The notes under the pieces: model-generated | Seen by the model: only the letters and a program-made list of their open reading frames with translations | What the model was told of the DNA's origin: nothing | Database searches by the model: none | Assembly: GCA_043228905.1 (NCBI GenBank) | Contig: JBHGNT010000010.1 | Span: forward strand, 2,356,001 to 2,420,000 | Source: Azolla caroliniana | Taxonomy: Eukaryota; Plantae; Polypodiophyta | DNA length: 64,000 nt | Direction of reading: 5' to 3' | Part shown: in pieces, positions 49,201 to 62,228 of the stretch | How positions within the stretch are numbered: the first letter of the stretch is position 1 | Layout of the letters: each line of letters opens with the position of its first letter | Position numbers and translations under genes: made by a program

Positions 49201-52200
49201 GAACATAGATTGTTTTTGCAACATCTAATTAAGGCTTTCAAAATATAATTCTAAAGTGCCTCACTCATTGTGAAATCATTTCGAGAAATAATATCTACAT
49301 TTTTGTGGCAGATTTTCATCTTTGGGGATAAGGTCATTCTTGAAGAGCCCGTGGAGAAGTAAGTTTAAAGGTTTATTATTATTTTTCACTAATATTTTGG
49401 TGGTTGTACTGAGTTTTTGAGCTATTATGCTTTTTAATCTGTTCTTTTCAGGATATTTATTGTGAATGTTAGCTCTTCTCATCTTATTTACTTTTATATT
49501 TATGGAGCAATATTTATTTTATTTTGATTTGTTGTTCTCAAAGACAAGACAACACATAAGATGTAATCTCTTGTTTGGTCTTATAGGCCATTTTGGCCTC
49601 TTAAAAGACGTTAATATATCTTTCTTTCTATTCCCAAGATAACTTAATTGTTTCATAATACACCTTGGTTGATGTTTTTATTGCAGGTGGCCTAAATGTG
49701 ACTGTTTGATTGCCTTCTATTCAAATGGATTCCCCATGGAGAAAGCAGAAGCATATGCTGAACTTAGAAAGTCTCTTTCTCTCCATCTTATCCTATTTTT
49801 TCATTAGATTTAAAAATCAAGATTTTTTATAATAGCATCTATATAGGAAATCTTAAAATATTTAGATGATTGATTGAATGCATTGCAAGTCTAGCCATAG
49901 ACATCTGTTTGCACCTGTCAGATGTTGGTGACCATGCTCCTTCCTTTCTGCATGCAAAGTGACTTCTGATGCCAGGTATGCTAGATAGTAACTATAATTC
50001 AGATTATGATTAATGTGTTTCCTGTCATGATTTTCATTTATCAGGCCATTTCTTGTTAATGATTTGAAGATGCAACATTTACTTCGTGATCGTCGTGCAG
50101 TCTATGCTGTAAGCCACTAGGATGCTTGCAGTCTCTTTTCCGATTCAAATTTCTTTCCAGTGATAATAGCAGTCTCTTTATACTGTCTTAAGAGGTTTAG
50201 GAAGCCATTGTATTGTCTCCTTGTATTTGTGACTAAGAGCTTTAGAGAATTCATGTGGATTGTTGGCACAAATGGCATTGGTTGCATGATGCCTCTAGGA
50301 CTATGTAAGAAAAGGTTGTGCGTCCTTCAGGGGTTAGTGCATAGGTATGGAGTTACCAAAACTACCAAGAAACTTTGCAAGTGTAAATTTCATTTAGAAA
50401 AATCTAAGGCTCTTCTCTTCTTGTGACAATGTGTAGTAGAAGCGATGTTCGTATCAAAATTCATCAGAAAAAGGAGAAATTCAAGATTCTAAGTTTATGC
50501 TGGGTGATGTAATGTGTTATGATATGAGCAGGAATCTGAACTTCTAGACCAACTATTTTTTTTGTTGTATGTTGATGCTCTACTTTGTCAAATTGCAGCA
50601 TTTGGAAGAACATGGAATTCCTGTTCCCAACTATGTCCTTGTAAACAGAGCCTTCCCTTTCGAAAACATTGATTACTTTATTGAGGAAGAGGATTACATT
50701 GAAGTAAAAGGAAAGCGTATATTCAAGCCTTTCGTCGAAAAGCCAACAGATGGTAATAGTCTTATTCAGAACACATGCCATTATGACTTTCAGAATCATT
50801 AAATATTTGAAAGATTCTTTCAGAACCTTTTCTTAATTACTATTTATCAGGATCCTTATTGTGTTGAACCAGAGTATTGCCACGTATAGAATTAGGGAAT
50901 GAAACCTTTTTTTTTGTATTTGTCAATCTAAGGTGAAGAAATTGCTGTGCAACTTTTTCTACATCTTTTATAGGTGAAAATCATAGTATTAGAATATATT
51001 ATCCTAGTGCTGCTGGGGGAGGCATGAAAGAACTATTCCGCAAGGTGAGTCTCTCATTTTTATTAGTGATTGTTTTCTTGAAATATGCCACTAATTATAA
51101 TATATTTGCAGTGTTGGTTTATATTTAATCAGTTCTATGGCAACAGGTTGGCAATCGTTCTAGTGAATTCCAACCCCAAGTAAGAAAAGTTCGGAGAGAC
51201 TCTTCGTATATATATGAGGAGTTCATGCCTACTGGAGGAACAGATGTAAAGGTATATTATTTTGTTATATTATTAGATGTACCAAGTGTTTGTCGCACTC
51301 AGTATTTTGTATGCCAGGTTAGACTTCGGAGCTGCTTTTTTTCTCATTGTTTCAATGTCATTAAGGATTATATATTGCATACCTAGTGACTTGTTAGAGT
51401 TAAGTTTGACATTCTTATATTTGTAATTTTGCAGGTTTATACGGTTAGCCAAGAGTATGCCCATGCAGAGGCACGGAAATCACCTGTTGTTGATGGAGTT
51501 GTGATGCGTAGTGCTGATGGAAAAGAGGTCATTCCCTTTTCTTTTGGTTCTCCTTTTGTTGTTGTAATATACAAAAGCATTTGATCAAATGAGCATACAA
51601 ACAGGAAAAGTATTCATCTGATTGGTGTTTTTGGGGAAAACTCCTTGATCACACCACATATCTAATGAGGAATTAATCCAAAACTTGAAGGTTATTAACA
51701 ATCGGCAACGGTTTGGTTTGGTTTGAACCGAACCGAACAGTGAAACCGCGGCTTAACGGCTTAACGGCTTAACGGCTTAACGGTTTAACGGTTTCAACAG
51801 TAAAAAACCGCAGTTTTAACGGTTATTTATTTATTATTATTATTTTTAAATTAAAAAAAAATAAAAAATTGTTTTTAAACAATCTTTTTATTTTTAGACC
51901 TTATTCTCACATTTTAGGAACATCTTTAAAAAAAAAGAAAAGAAAAGAAATATTATAAATTAAAAAAAAATAAAAAAAAATAAAAAATAAAAAAAAAATA
52001 AAAAAAAAATAAAAAAAAAATAAAAGTGTGTATGCCACCTTTTTTTCCCAAGAGGGATTCTGGTTCTAATCTTGTTAGCAATGCTTAAGAGAGAGAATTT
52101 AGTTGGAAATGAAAAGAATCAGTTGAAAATAATGAATCCTGATACAGTTTGTGCTGAGCAGGTTAGGTATCCAGTACTTTTAACTCCAGCAGAGAAGGAC

Positions 52201-55200
52201 ATGGCAAGGGAGGTCTGTGTAGCTTTTGGGCAAGCGGTGAGGTTATATGTTCTCTTCAGGTGGAAGGATGATATTCTATTGCTTTTTCTAAAGGCAAAGG
52301 AACCTGGTAAACTGTGGTACAGGTTTGCGGGTTTGATCTTCTTCGTTCACAAGGAAGGTCCTACGTCTGTGATGTCAATGGATGGAGCTTTGTAAAAAAT
52401 TCATATAAGTACACAATTCATTTCTGATTTGATCTCTCAATAGAAGATTTTTGTTGTATGATGTGAAGCACTTAGCTTATATTGTGAATGTGGTGTTTCA
52501 GGTATTATGATGATGCAGCTTGTGTATTAAGGAAATTGCTCTTGGATGCAAAGGCTCCACATCTATCATCAACATTGGTCCATCCTCGCCCTTTGCCATG
52601 GAAGTGTACTGAGCCCGTGGAAATGGGAATGACGAGGCAGGGAAGTAGTGTGATGCTGGGAACATTTGGCCAATCAGAAGAATTGAGATGTGTTATTGCA
52701 GTGCTTAGGCAGTAAGGAATCAGACTGAATTTGAATCTCGTAGTCTCTCACCGCTGAACTGTTTTGAACTTATGCTCATTAAAATACTTCCATGTATATC
52801 TGGATGTGCATGCCAGTGGTGATAGAACACCTAAACAGAAGGTCAAGATGAAGGTCACACAGGAGCGTTTACTGAATCTCATGCTGAAATATAATGGAGG
52901 AAGACCAAGGGCAGAGGTACTTTAGTCATAATGGGGCACAGATTCCAACTTTAGATTGCACATGCCTCACCATTTTCATGTTTTAAAGTTATTTTGATAA
53001 GTGGATGGTTTCTTTTGTTAGATATAATCAATGATCAACCCCAAGTTTTCAATTTATCCCCATATGTACTCTTAGAGTGCACTTTTGGTGATAGCGCCCC
53101 AAATGAGGAGTAGCTATTGTGCAACTCGACCATATGGGTCGATAAGGTGTCAATCTAGGAAACCGTTGATGAGTAGGACACATTGTATTTAGGAAAGAGA
53201 GAAGTAGGATAATAGGATTGGCTAATCAAGTCAACTAGAAGAATATTTTGTGGGCAAGTTACAATGTACTTAGTCTTGAAGTATGTGCCATTGACTTTAA
53301 GAAAAGTACTATCTAGAACTAGCTTTTATCTAGGGAGCTGGGTCATATTAAATGACAAGTCAGTTGACAGAGAAGGAATATCTCCACTACTATCAACTGA
53401 CTTGCACATTTAATGTTACACTCAGACCAAACAAATATAATCCACTCTCTTACACAGTGGCTGGGCTGATCATCAGTCCCCACTAATTTTGTAGTGAGCT
53501 GGTCCAGATCCCATCTAAGCTCTAGGGTGTGTGCGCATGGGTGAACTACCATTGTGAGCTACTCTAATATGTAATAGAAGTTTTGTTTTCATATATCCAT
53601 CTCTGTGATTGTAACTCTATATACCTATCTAATTGATTCTCAATGTTTCTAACATCTTCATATCATCTTTTGACAGGCAAAATTGAAAAGTGCTGTGCAA
53701 CTTCAAGACCTTCTAGATGCAACCAGATTACTTGTTCCAAGAGCTAGGTTTGAAATACCAATCTTTGAGGAAGCAATGTTTTCTTTACTTTTTCCCTGTT
53801 AGATGAATGTCAAAGAACTGTAAAAGCAAGGAAATAGATGCTATTTTCCCTCTATCATAAGAATTGTGCAATCAATCAATGTGCTGAAAAAGTGGTTGAG
53901 ATAGTGATGCTTAAAATGCATGAAAACAGTATATATATGCAACAGATTTTACTGTAACGTATTTTCTGTTCTTTATTCACAATAATATCCTTCTATCCCA
54001 GGCAAAAGTATATTTTGTTTAATCTTTCTAGGTCCTAGTAAAGAAGATTACACAATATGTAGTAGCTGTTCATGTTCCAAGAGCTTAATTAATTGCTTAT
54101 GTTTTTTTTTTGTCTGCATCATTTTCTGTTCCACGCACAATCATGTTACGTTGTTCCTATGTTTTTTTCTGTGAATTGTGATGGCTTCTAGAATGGGTCG
54201 AGTCATGAATGGAATATTTGAGTGTTGTTTCTGTTCATGCAGATCTGGTAAGGAGAGTGACAGTGAAGCTGAGGACCTAGAACATGCTGAAAAGCTTCGT
54301 CATGTCAAAGCTGTTTTGGAGGAGGTGTGGATTCTTAATATAAATTTTTAAATTTAACTGATAAGAATCATGTCTTGAAATGTTCACACATTGTGACTCC
54401 TGTGCTCTGGTTAGAAAGAAGGTTTAAATACTAAATTTTAAATTGCATATTTTCAGTTTCAGAATTTCAAACATTGTTATATTCATTGATTTATTTATTT
54501 TGTTACCTACATAGCAGGTTATTTAATAGTATGTCTTTGGAAACTATAAATGTGAATTGCACACTACATACATTACTACAGAAGTATTTTTTTTATGAAA
54601 ACTACATTTTGGGACACCTACTGAGAAATAAATTTATGAATAACGCACATTTTCAATTCAAGGTTTTACTTGATATTCATCAGTCTTGAATAACGCAAGC
54701 CTCCCATGATCCCATTTCACTCTAGAAGTTCATAGCATCATATTTGCTTTCCCTGTTTGCTCAACAAAGCAAGTGTCATGACAGGAAGCCAAAATTGTTG
54801 AGTTGATCTTTATAGGACTACTGTAAGAGAAGTTTTTTATTGTGATATGCTTGATGAGTTCATCTTGATGAGCTGCACAAAAAACTAGTTGATAGTTGAT
54901 TAAGACACATTGAGCAGGCCCGAAGCCATGAGCTCAAGATACGAGTTAAATAACAGAATGTCGAACACTTTCTAGTCAAAACAGCTTGATAAAGATTGGC
55001 ACTTATATCATCAAAACAATTTGATGAACATGGAGGTAATCATTGTTACTAGGCTGAAACACAAGAATGGTTCCAGTCGCACGGCATAAGTATAATGGCA
55101 CTACCTATAGTTTGAATTCTCCACAATTCCCCACAATATCTTTTGGTAAGAAGATGGTCCACTAGTAGGCATCTTTCTACACACATCATTGGATGGATTC

Positions 55201-58200
55201 ACTATTAGGCACTCTTTCTACACACTTCATTTTAATGGATTCACTATTAGGCCTTATTATATGAATACACATCTTTAGTAGTTTGATGTGGATAAAAAGT
55301 AGTCTTTTTTTTTAGGGAGGGCATTTCTCTGGCATATATCGTAAAGTCCAATTAAAGCCGACAAAATGGGCAAGGATCCTAAGAGAGGATGATGAAACAG
55401 AGGAGGAGCGTCCAGTCGAAGCATTGATGGTCCTAAAATATGGTGGTGTTTTGACACATGCAGGAAGAAAACAGGTAGAAGTTTTATGTGTATCAAATGT
55501 TAAATTTCTTTTTATAATTTTCAGCCTTTTATTTCTACAGAATTCGTTTTTGTTTATGGTTCAATTTTCTGAGACACAGCATTCATATTCCTACAACTAC
55601 AGTATTCATGTTTGCTTATATGTTGTGTAAGTTTTATGATGGTGTCATTGAAGCACTTTTTGTTATTATCTGATCATCATTTGCACTGCTTGTTGGGTGA
55701 AAATTATCGTCTGCAGTTTTATCATATGATTAGGTAACTACTACATAGAGCTAAAATCTAATAATTTCATCATTTGCACTGCTTGTTGGGTAACAATCAT
55801 TGTTTGCATTTTTATCATATAACTAGATATCAAACTACATAGAGCTGAAATCTGATGAATTGAGCTCTCTATAAAGCCATGCGTTCAAATAGAAACTCAG
55901 CTGGAAAAGGTGCAACCATAAGTTAGGGAGTGTAGCCTGTAGGATTGTAGTCTATAATTATCTTCTTCATTAATCTATACTATTCTTGTGCATTAATACA
56001 TATTTCTAGCATCTCAAAGAGCATCTCAAAGAGCATCTCTTTGTCTTCTGCCAATACCCAACTTGCTTATTCTGAGAAATTTGTATTTCACTCATTTCAG
56101 GCAGAAGAACTTGGGCGCGTATTTAGAAATTCAATGTATCCAGGTTACTTTTCCTGTTCTCAGCAAATATTATTTACTTGCAGGTATGGTGGGTTAGGAA
56201 CCATACTGAGTGCATACAAGAGTGGTGCCTCCTGCTTCAAACCTTATGTTTGAAAAGCGTAGCTGGGCATCTGCCATAGATACTGAGAATGATTGATCTT
56301 GATTACAATTGGGAGACTCCTCCTTAGTTGAACTCTCACCTCAGTGTGCAGTTATGAGTTTTTGCTTGGCAATGCTTCCAAGGAGATGTGATTGTAGTTA
56401 TCCATATCGATATTTCATCTAATGGGGCTCAAAATCCATGACCTTCGGCTAAATTGTAATCTCAATCAATGCCACATTTTCCAAAACTTGGGTCCCACAA
56501 ATTAGGAATAAAACATCAACTTGGAATTCAAGTTCTACATGCTTGTCTATATTGAATCATGACTGTGGATTGTAGGTGAAGGCACTGGGTTACTTCGCCT
56601 TCATAGTACATATCGACATGACCTTAAGATTTATAGTTCCGATGAGGGCCGGGTTCAGGTATGGCATATGTCTTTCATAATTTCAACTGGTACATTAGTG
56701 ATGACATTGTTAATTGATATTCAGATACGAGATTCAAATTACTAATATTTGTTTTACTTGTCTCAGATGTCAGCAGCAGCTTTTGCAAAAGGCTTGCTTG
56801 ATTTGGAAGGTCCACTAACACCTATTTTGGTAATAATTTGTGCATTACATTTTGGAATGGCATGAAAAGATGGTGAATTTCTCCTCTTTATTCTGAATAG
56901 CAAATGTTTTGGCTTCCCATGTGAAGGTTTCTCTTGTAAGCAAAGACTCATCAATGCTGGATGGGCTAGATACTGCGAGTATAGAGATGGAAGAGGCAAA
57001 GGTATGTTGGAAGTGAAATTATCTTATAATCTTTTCATTATCTCACTTGGATGTTAGTATTATCCTCAGTTTTGCATTGATATTGCCTTGTGATAGATTT
57101 CGTGACAAGTAGTTTGCTGATATCCTCAATTGAGAATGTGTTTCATTTGATACAGTCTCGCCTCTACGACATCATTATATCAGGGAAGCCAGAAAAACCT
57201 TTGAATTTGGAGACACCCTGGATGGATGATGCAGCTGGTTTGCCTGAGAATGCATTGGAACTTCTTCCTAAGCTGGTATGGAAGCCAACTTACCAGTATG
57301 CATTTTATTTACAACATTTAGGTGATTGAATTAATGCAACTCAAAAGTATCATTAATAAGTTTAATCATAGATGTACGATTATTGTGTTGTGCAGCTAAG
57401 TCGAGATATGCTATTTTGATCCTTTTGTACTACAGAATTGATAGTGTTGAGAATCAAGCTCAACTTGTGTGAACATGTGCTTATGAAGAAAAGGACGATG
57501 TGTGAAAAAGTGTGTGAGCACACTTTATTGTAATCCGTGTAGTTGTCAAGTGTTAGTGTGGTCAAAGAATATTAGATATTCTTATGACAAAATCGTACTC
57601 AAGTGGGTATCTTGGTTAGATTCCACCAACACATTTAATAGGTCAGTCCCTTGAGGACTTGTATATAAAACCCCCTTTGGCCATTTAGTTTAGTTGATGA
57701 TCTTTAGATAATTAATATAGCTCTCTTAAGTGGATAAGCTGTCATTCCCCTACTGTGTGTTTTCTTATTTTTCTGGTTATTCTCTGTAATTCCTTCTCTT
57801 GCTTATACATTCACTCTCTCTCTCTCACACACACTACGCTTTTGAATACTAAACTCTATTAGAGCTAGATTCTTTACATGGTATCAGAACGTGAGGGTTA
57901 GAGATCCTTCACTGAGCTCTACCATTGAAACTGTGTGAGCAGCTAGAGACGTTTAAAATCTGCTATCGTCGCTGCAGTGTTGCACAGCAAGAGGGTCACG
58001 TTAACAGGATCATACGAATCAAGCTAAATCAGAAAAATGAATGCACAGATGGGTAGCGCACTTCCAATAGAGAAGTTGGATAGGCACAACTACGCATCTT
58101 GGGAATATAAGATGCAGCAATACCTAGTTGGGCAAGGGTATTGGAGTTATATTGAGGGAGCTCAAGAAACAGCCCCCGATAGTACAAATCCCAACTACCC

Positions 58201-61200
58201 CACATGGCAACAAGGCGCCAGTAGGGTGATGTATTGTTTGGCAACATGTTTGCAAGATCACATGTTAAGCTATATTCGTGATGTGAAATCCCCAACAGAA
58301 GTGTGGAAAAACTTGAAGAAGATTTTCGCGGCATCAACCACAGCGAGAACTTTAACTCCGGCAGGAGTTGAACAATATTCGGCAGGGGGATATGTCAGTG
58401 ACGGACTATACCCTTCGGATCAAAGACTTATGTGATTCACTTGGCTCCATCAATGTCACAGTTGATGATGACGAGATGGTGCATATCTGCCTTGGCAGCC
58501 TCGCACAAAAATATGGCTCATTTCGAACCGCCATAACAACAAGGGAGAACCCCCCAAGCTTTTTCGACTTGCAATCCATGCTAATGGTTGAGGAGAACCA
58601 TACACGGTCGAAAAGCACGGCATCTGATGGGAAGATGCTATATACACATGATGATCTTAGTCGAGGTCACTGTCATGGTCATGGAAATCAGGGGAGGAAT
58701 GGACGAGAAAGAGGTAGACGACGTCCACAACAGTTTAATTCCAGGCAGCAAGAAGGTTGAAACAGCCGAGGGAATTCCAGCAAAAAGGGGAGCTTCCACC
58801 AGCCTGAATCAACGAGGCAGAACCAGCAAACTGAGTGCTGGTATTGTGGAAAGCCTGGCTACTTTGAAGCTGAGTGTCAGAAGAAGAAGAATGACTCAGC
58901 TGCCTCACCTCGGCAGCAAACAAACCATGCTGTGATGGCTGACCTAGAAAACAAAGGGCCGATGTTTGTTATGCGACACCGAGCGAATAACATGATAACA
59001 AGTGTTTCCCAATCTGATGATGTATGGTTCGTGGACTCAGGTGCCTCAAATCACATGACAAGTCATCAAGAATGATTCATGAATTTGAGGTGGAGACCTA
59101 GTGTGGTGGAGACCGGTGATGACTCCACACACATGATTGAGCACATTGGAGATGTGGCCCTTAACAATCACGACAACAAGGGCTACATGAAGGATGTACT
59201 CCATCTACTCAGTTGGCCAAATTGTCGAACAAGGAACGCAAGTACGATTCAACCAGGAAGGTTGCTTCATCGAGGATAAGGGCCAACTTATCGCTCATGC
59301 AAGAAGAGAAGGTCACATGTTTATTCTTGATGCGACTGAGGTGAACACAACAATGTATGCAAAGGGACTCAACGTTGAGTCTGATATTGAGTTGTGGCAC
59401 AAAAGGGTTGGCCATGTAAACCTCGGTAAACTGCGATCAATGCAAACAAAAGGGGCTGTGCACGGATTGCCACGATTTACTTCAAAACATTCTGATAATG
59501 TATGTGAAGCGTGCCAACTAGGCAAGCAAGATAGGCATCCATTCCTAAGCGAAAGAAATGTGAGTAAAGGCTTGCTGGACGTCATCCACTCAGATGCATG
59601 GGGCCTAGCTCAAATAGTGACAATCGGTGGGTGTAGATACTTCGTTACCTTCATTTATGACTATTCGCGGCATACCTGGATATGCCCGATGAAGTCGAAA
59701 AGTGAGGTCTTCTCCCACTTTCTCAAGTTAAAGAATCGTGTGGAAAATGAGATGAATCGCAAGATTTGATGCTTATGGTCTGATGGTGGCCAAGAATACT
59801 TCTCAACCGAGTTCAAGGCCTTTCTAGAAGAGAAGGGGATTCGCCGGGAATTCTCTTGCCGGTACACACCACAGCAAAACGGTGTTGCTGAGCAGAAGAA
59901 TCGCACAATTCTTGAGATGGCCTGCACCATGCTGCATGAGAAGAACATGCCCAAGATCTATTGGGCAGAGGCAGCAGTTACGGCTGTGTATCTCATCAAT
60001 AGGTGCACAACCGAGGGTGTCCATGACATCACCCCTCACGAGAAGTATTTTGGGACAAAACCAAACCTTTCACACTTGAAGGTTTTTGGCAGCATTGCAT
60101 TTGTGCATGTACCCGATGAGAAGCGGAGAAAGCTTGATCGGAGAAGATGATCTTTGTTGGCTACTCACTTGAGCAAAAGGGTTACAAGTGTTTTAACCCC
60201 ATCACTCGACAATCACGAGTAAGCTGAGATGTGGTATTTGATGAGGTGACATCATGGTATGGCCCAACATTAGTGACCCCCACTGTGCTCGAAACAAGCA
60301 GATCTAGAGCAGATTCTCAGAGTGAAGAAGAAGAGATGCTAACGACCATTATGGGTGGAGAACCAGCAGAGAGTCTGCCCACACTCCAGCTGACTGAACC
60401 TGAGGTGTCATCCAGCAATCAGAGTCTTGCACAGCATGAAGAAACCTCTGATGTGCTGTCACCTTGGTGCTACACCCGTAGAAAGAAAAAAAGGGCAAGA
60501 TGCCTGAGCAAGAGGCCAAGGACATGACATCCAGTGAAGACTCAGATCATTCACCCCGATCAGTCCACAGCAAGTATGAAATGAAGAAGGCCCCGGAAAT
60601 GACCAAAGGAAAACTTTGTCAATCGAACCGACAAAAGAGGCCGATAGTTAGGTTCGGGTACAATGAGTACATGGCCCACCACTATGCATTCATGATGAAG
60701 GTCGCAGCAGACCAAGAACCTGAGACTTACAAAGAAGCTGCCCAAGATCCCCGGTGGTTCGAGGCAATGAGGGAGGAGATGCGCGTGTTGTTTGACAACA
60801 ATACTTGGGATTTAGTCCCATCCTCTGAAATCAAGAAAAAGCCAATTGGTTGCCGCTGGGTGTTCAAGATAAAGCATAATACGGATGGCACGATCAATTG
60901 GTTCAAGGCTCAGCTAGTCGCCAAAGGGTATACTCAAACCCATTTTGGCCTCTTAAAAGACATTAATATATCTTTCTTTCTTTCTCTCTCTCTCTTTCAT
61001 ACACACACACACACACACACAGTTCCATTCCGCTGCACAGAATCACATACTCTGTTCTTTACATATATTTACCGAGTAATACTTATTCTATTTTGATTTG
61101 TTGTTCTCAAAGACAAGACAACACTTAGGTGTAATCTCTTGTTTGGTCTTATAGGCCATTTTGGCCTCTTAAAAGACATTAATATATCTTTCTTTCTTTC

Positions 61201-62228
61201 TTATGGCACATATCATCTCTCTTACAATTGACCTTTAATGCTAGAGAGGGCCTCATGCTCATGGATAGTGCTCAACTAAGATCATGGATGAGTTTGAGGA
61301 TATTGATGGAGTGTAGGGGACTTTGATATCAGAGAAGATCTTCCTCTTATTGTTCTGGACACAAGCTATTTGTTGCGAAGTACTCGTTCCAACTTCCTGT
61401 TTTCAAAACAATCTTCACAAGATGGTTCTTTTCAGGATGAAATTTTATAACGAGAAGTTTTGACCTTTGAATTAGAACCTGCCTATGGTTTTGGACATGT
61501 CAAATATATCAGTTTAAATAAGTACTTTGCTCATGTATTGGTGTTTTTATAACTTGAAGGTTGTAACATGAATTGTTATAAATATTATTAAGTATGTGAA
61601 GTTGTTATTATTTGGAAGTTTATAAACCAAATTGTAGAAGCCAATATCTTGAATAACGCCACATGTTAAATTGTATGTAAAAGTGATATCTATTCCCCAC
61701 CTTTTGTGCAGGTAGAGCTTGTAAAAAAGGTCACCAGCCAAGTTAAAGTTCTCTGTAAAGCAGAGGAAGACAGGTTGGCAGAGACAACGTCTGATGAAGC
61801 TTTACCACCCTATGATCTGGCAACAGCTTTAGGAAAAACAAATATGGATGTTGATCGAATTGCAGCTGGTTTGCCTTGTGGGAGTGAAGGGTTTCTGCTT
61901 ATGTTTGCTCGCTGGAAAAAATTAGAGAGAGATATTTATAATGAGCGCAAAGGGTAACATTTGATTCCAACTTATATGTTTTAAAACTTCATTTAATGCA
62001 GTTTTAGGTTTTATTATGGTTCCTTACATTTGATTTCCAGTCGATTTGACATTACCAAGATTCCTGATGTTTATGACTCTGCCAAGTAAGTTCTTCCCAT
62101 TAAGTGTCTATATGATGTTTAACTTTTCCATATATGTTTATCGGTCTATTGTTGGTGGCAGGTATGACCTTGTACACAGCACTCATCTGAAACTTGATGG
62201 ACTTGAAGAACTTTATACTGTTGCTAAG
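46251..62228 (+). CDS. VIP1: Inositol hexakisphosphate/diphosphoinositol-pentakisphosphate kinase (PPIP5K, VIP1/VIH), 5' partial: 24 coding exons, 763 codons so far, gene continues past window end
   Basis: Exons: 46251-46340, 48554-48613, 49312-49358, 49687-49770, 50045-50108, 50599-50752, 50974-51044, 51147-51251, 51435-51527, 52162-52236, 52323-52408, 52502-52711, 52817-52916, 53677-53747, 54243-54324, 55316-55474, 56101-56143, 56576-56658, 56767-56829, 56927-57001, 57156-57275, 61712-61953, 62041-62085, 62162-62228. All introns are GT-AG with consistent phases and no stops. Kinase motifs [71 protein letters not shown]. Phosphatase motif RHGDRTP and [21 protein letters not shown]. Confidence 0.97.
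46317..48260 (+). repeat. Degenerate tandem repeats filling VIH intron 1, derived from the exon-1 end / intron-1 start
   Basis: GAGTTTGTGTTATGGAGAAGAAAG-like blocks at ~46318, 46641, 46954, 46994, 47520 and 48010, typically followed by TCTAGAATTT..., ATGCTGAATCAT.TG and AAGCCT.TT..TGGAATG motifs. Confidence 0.7.
51700..52025. mobile_element. hAT-MITE-like remnant in VIH intron 9 with (GGCTTAAC)n and A-rich tract
   Basis: GGCAACGGTTTGGTTTGGTTTGAACCGAACCG, then GGCTTAAC x4-5. Resembles 40377-40488. Confidence 0.5.
53016..53654 (+). mobile_element. Solo LTR (639 bp) in VIH intron 13, same family as 44482-45101
   Basis: TGTTAG...CTAACA termini; TSD TCTTT/TCTTC. Confidence 0.92.
57445..60943 (+). 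mobile_element. 3'-truncated Copia retrotransposon in VIH intron 21: 5' LTR 57445-57878, PBS(Met), decayed gag-protease-integrase-partial RT
   Basis: TGTTG...TTACA LTR; PBS TGGTATCAGAAC at 57879-57890. Gag [11 protein letters not shown] and zinc knuckle CWYCGKPGY...C; protease [12 protein letters not shown]; integrase LWHKRVGH...[24 protein letters not shown]; RT start [27 protein letters not shown], then abrupt end. Frameshifts and stops are present. Confidence 0.95.
61083..61200 (+). repeat. Intronic repeat, near-identical to 49515-49630; partial copies at ~48125-48175, ~48303-48342, 60941-60980 and inverted copies at ~62698-62740 and ~63470-63535
   Basis: Shared TTTTGATTTGTTGTTCTCAAAGACAAGACAACAC.TA.G.TGTAATCTCTTGTTTGGTCTTATAGGCCATTTTGGCCTCTTAAAAGAC.TTAATATATCTTTCTTTC. 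Confidence 0.85.

Noticed and set aside
49771-49776. Weak donor GTCTCT after VIH exon 4 as a sign of pseudogenisation
   Set aside because: It still has GT, the phase matches the next exon, and the protein continues with the conserved LRKPFLVN.
44482-53654. The two matching LTRs as ends of one retroelement that captured the VIH 5' half
   Set aside because: Each LTR has its own TSD, there is no PBS or PPT, and the gene continues in frame beyond the second LTR.
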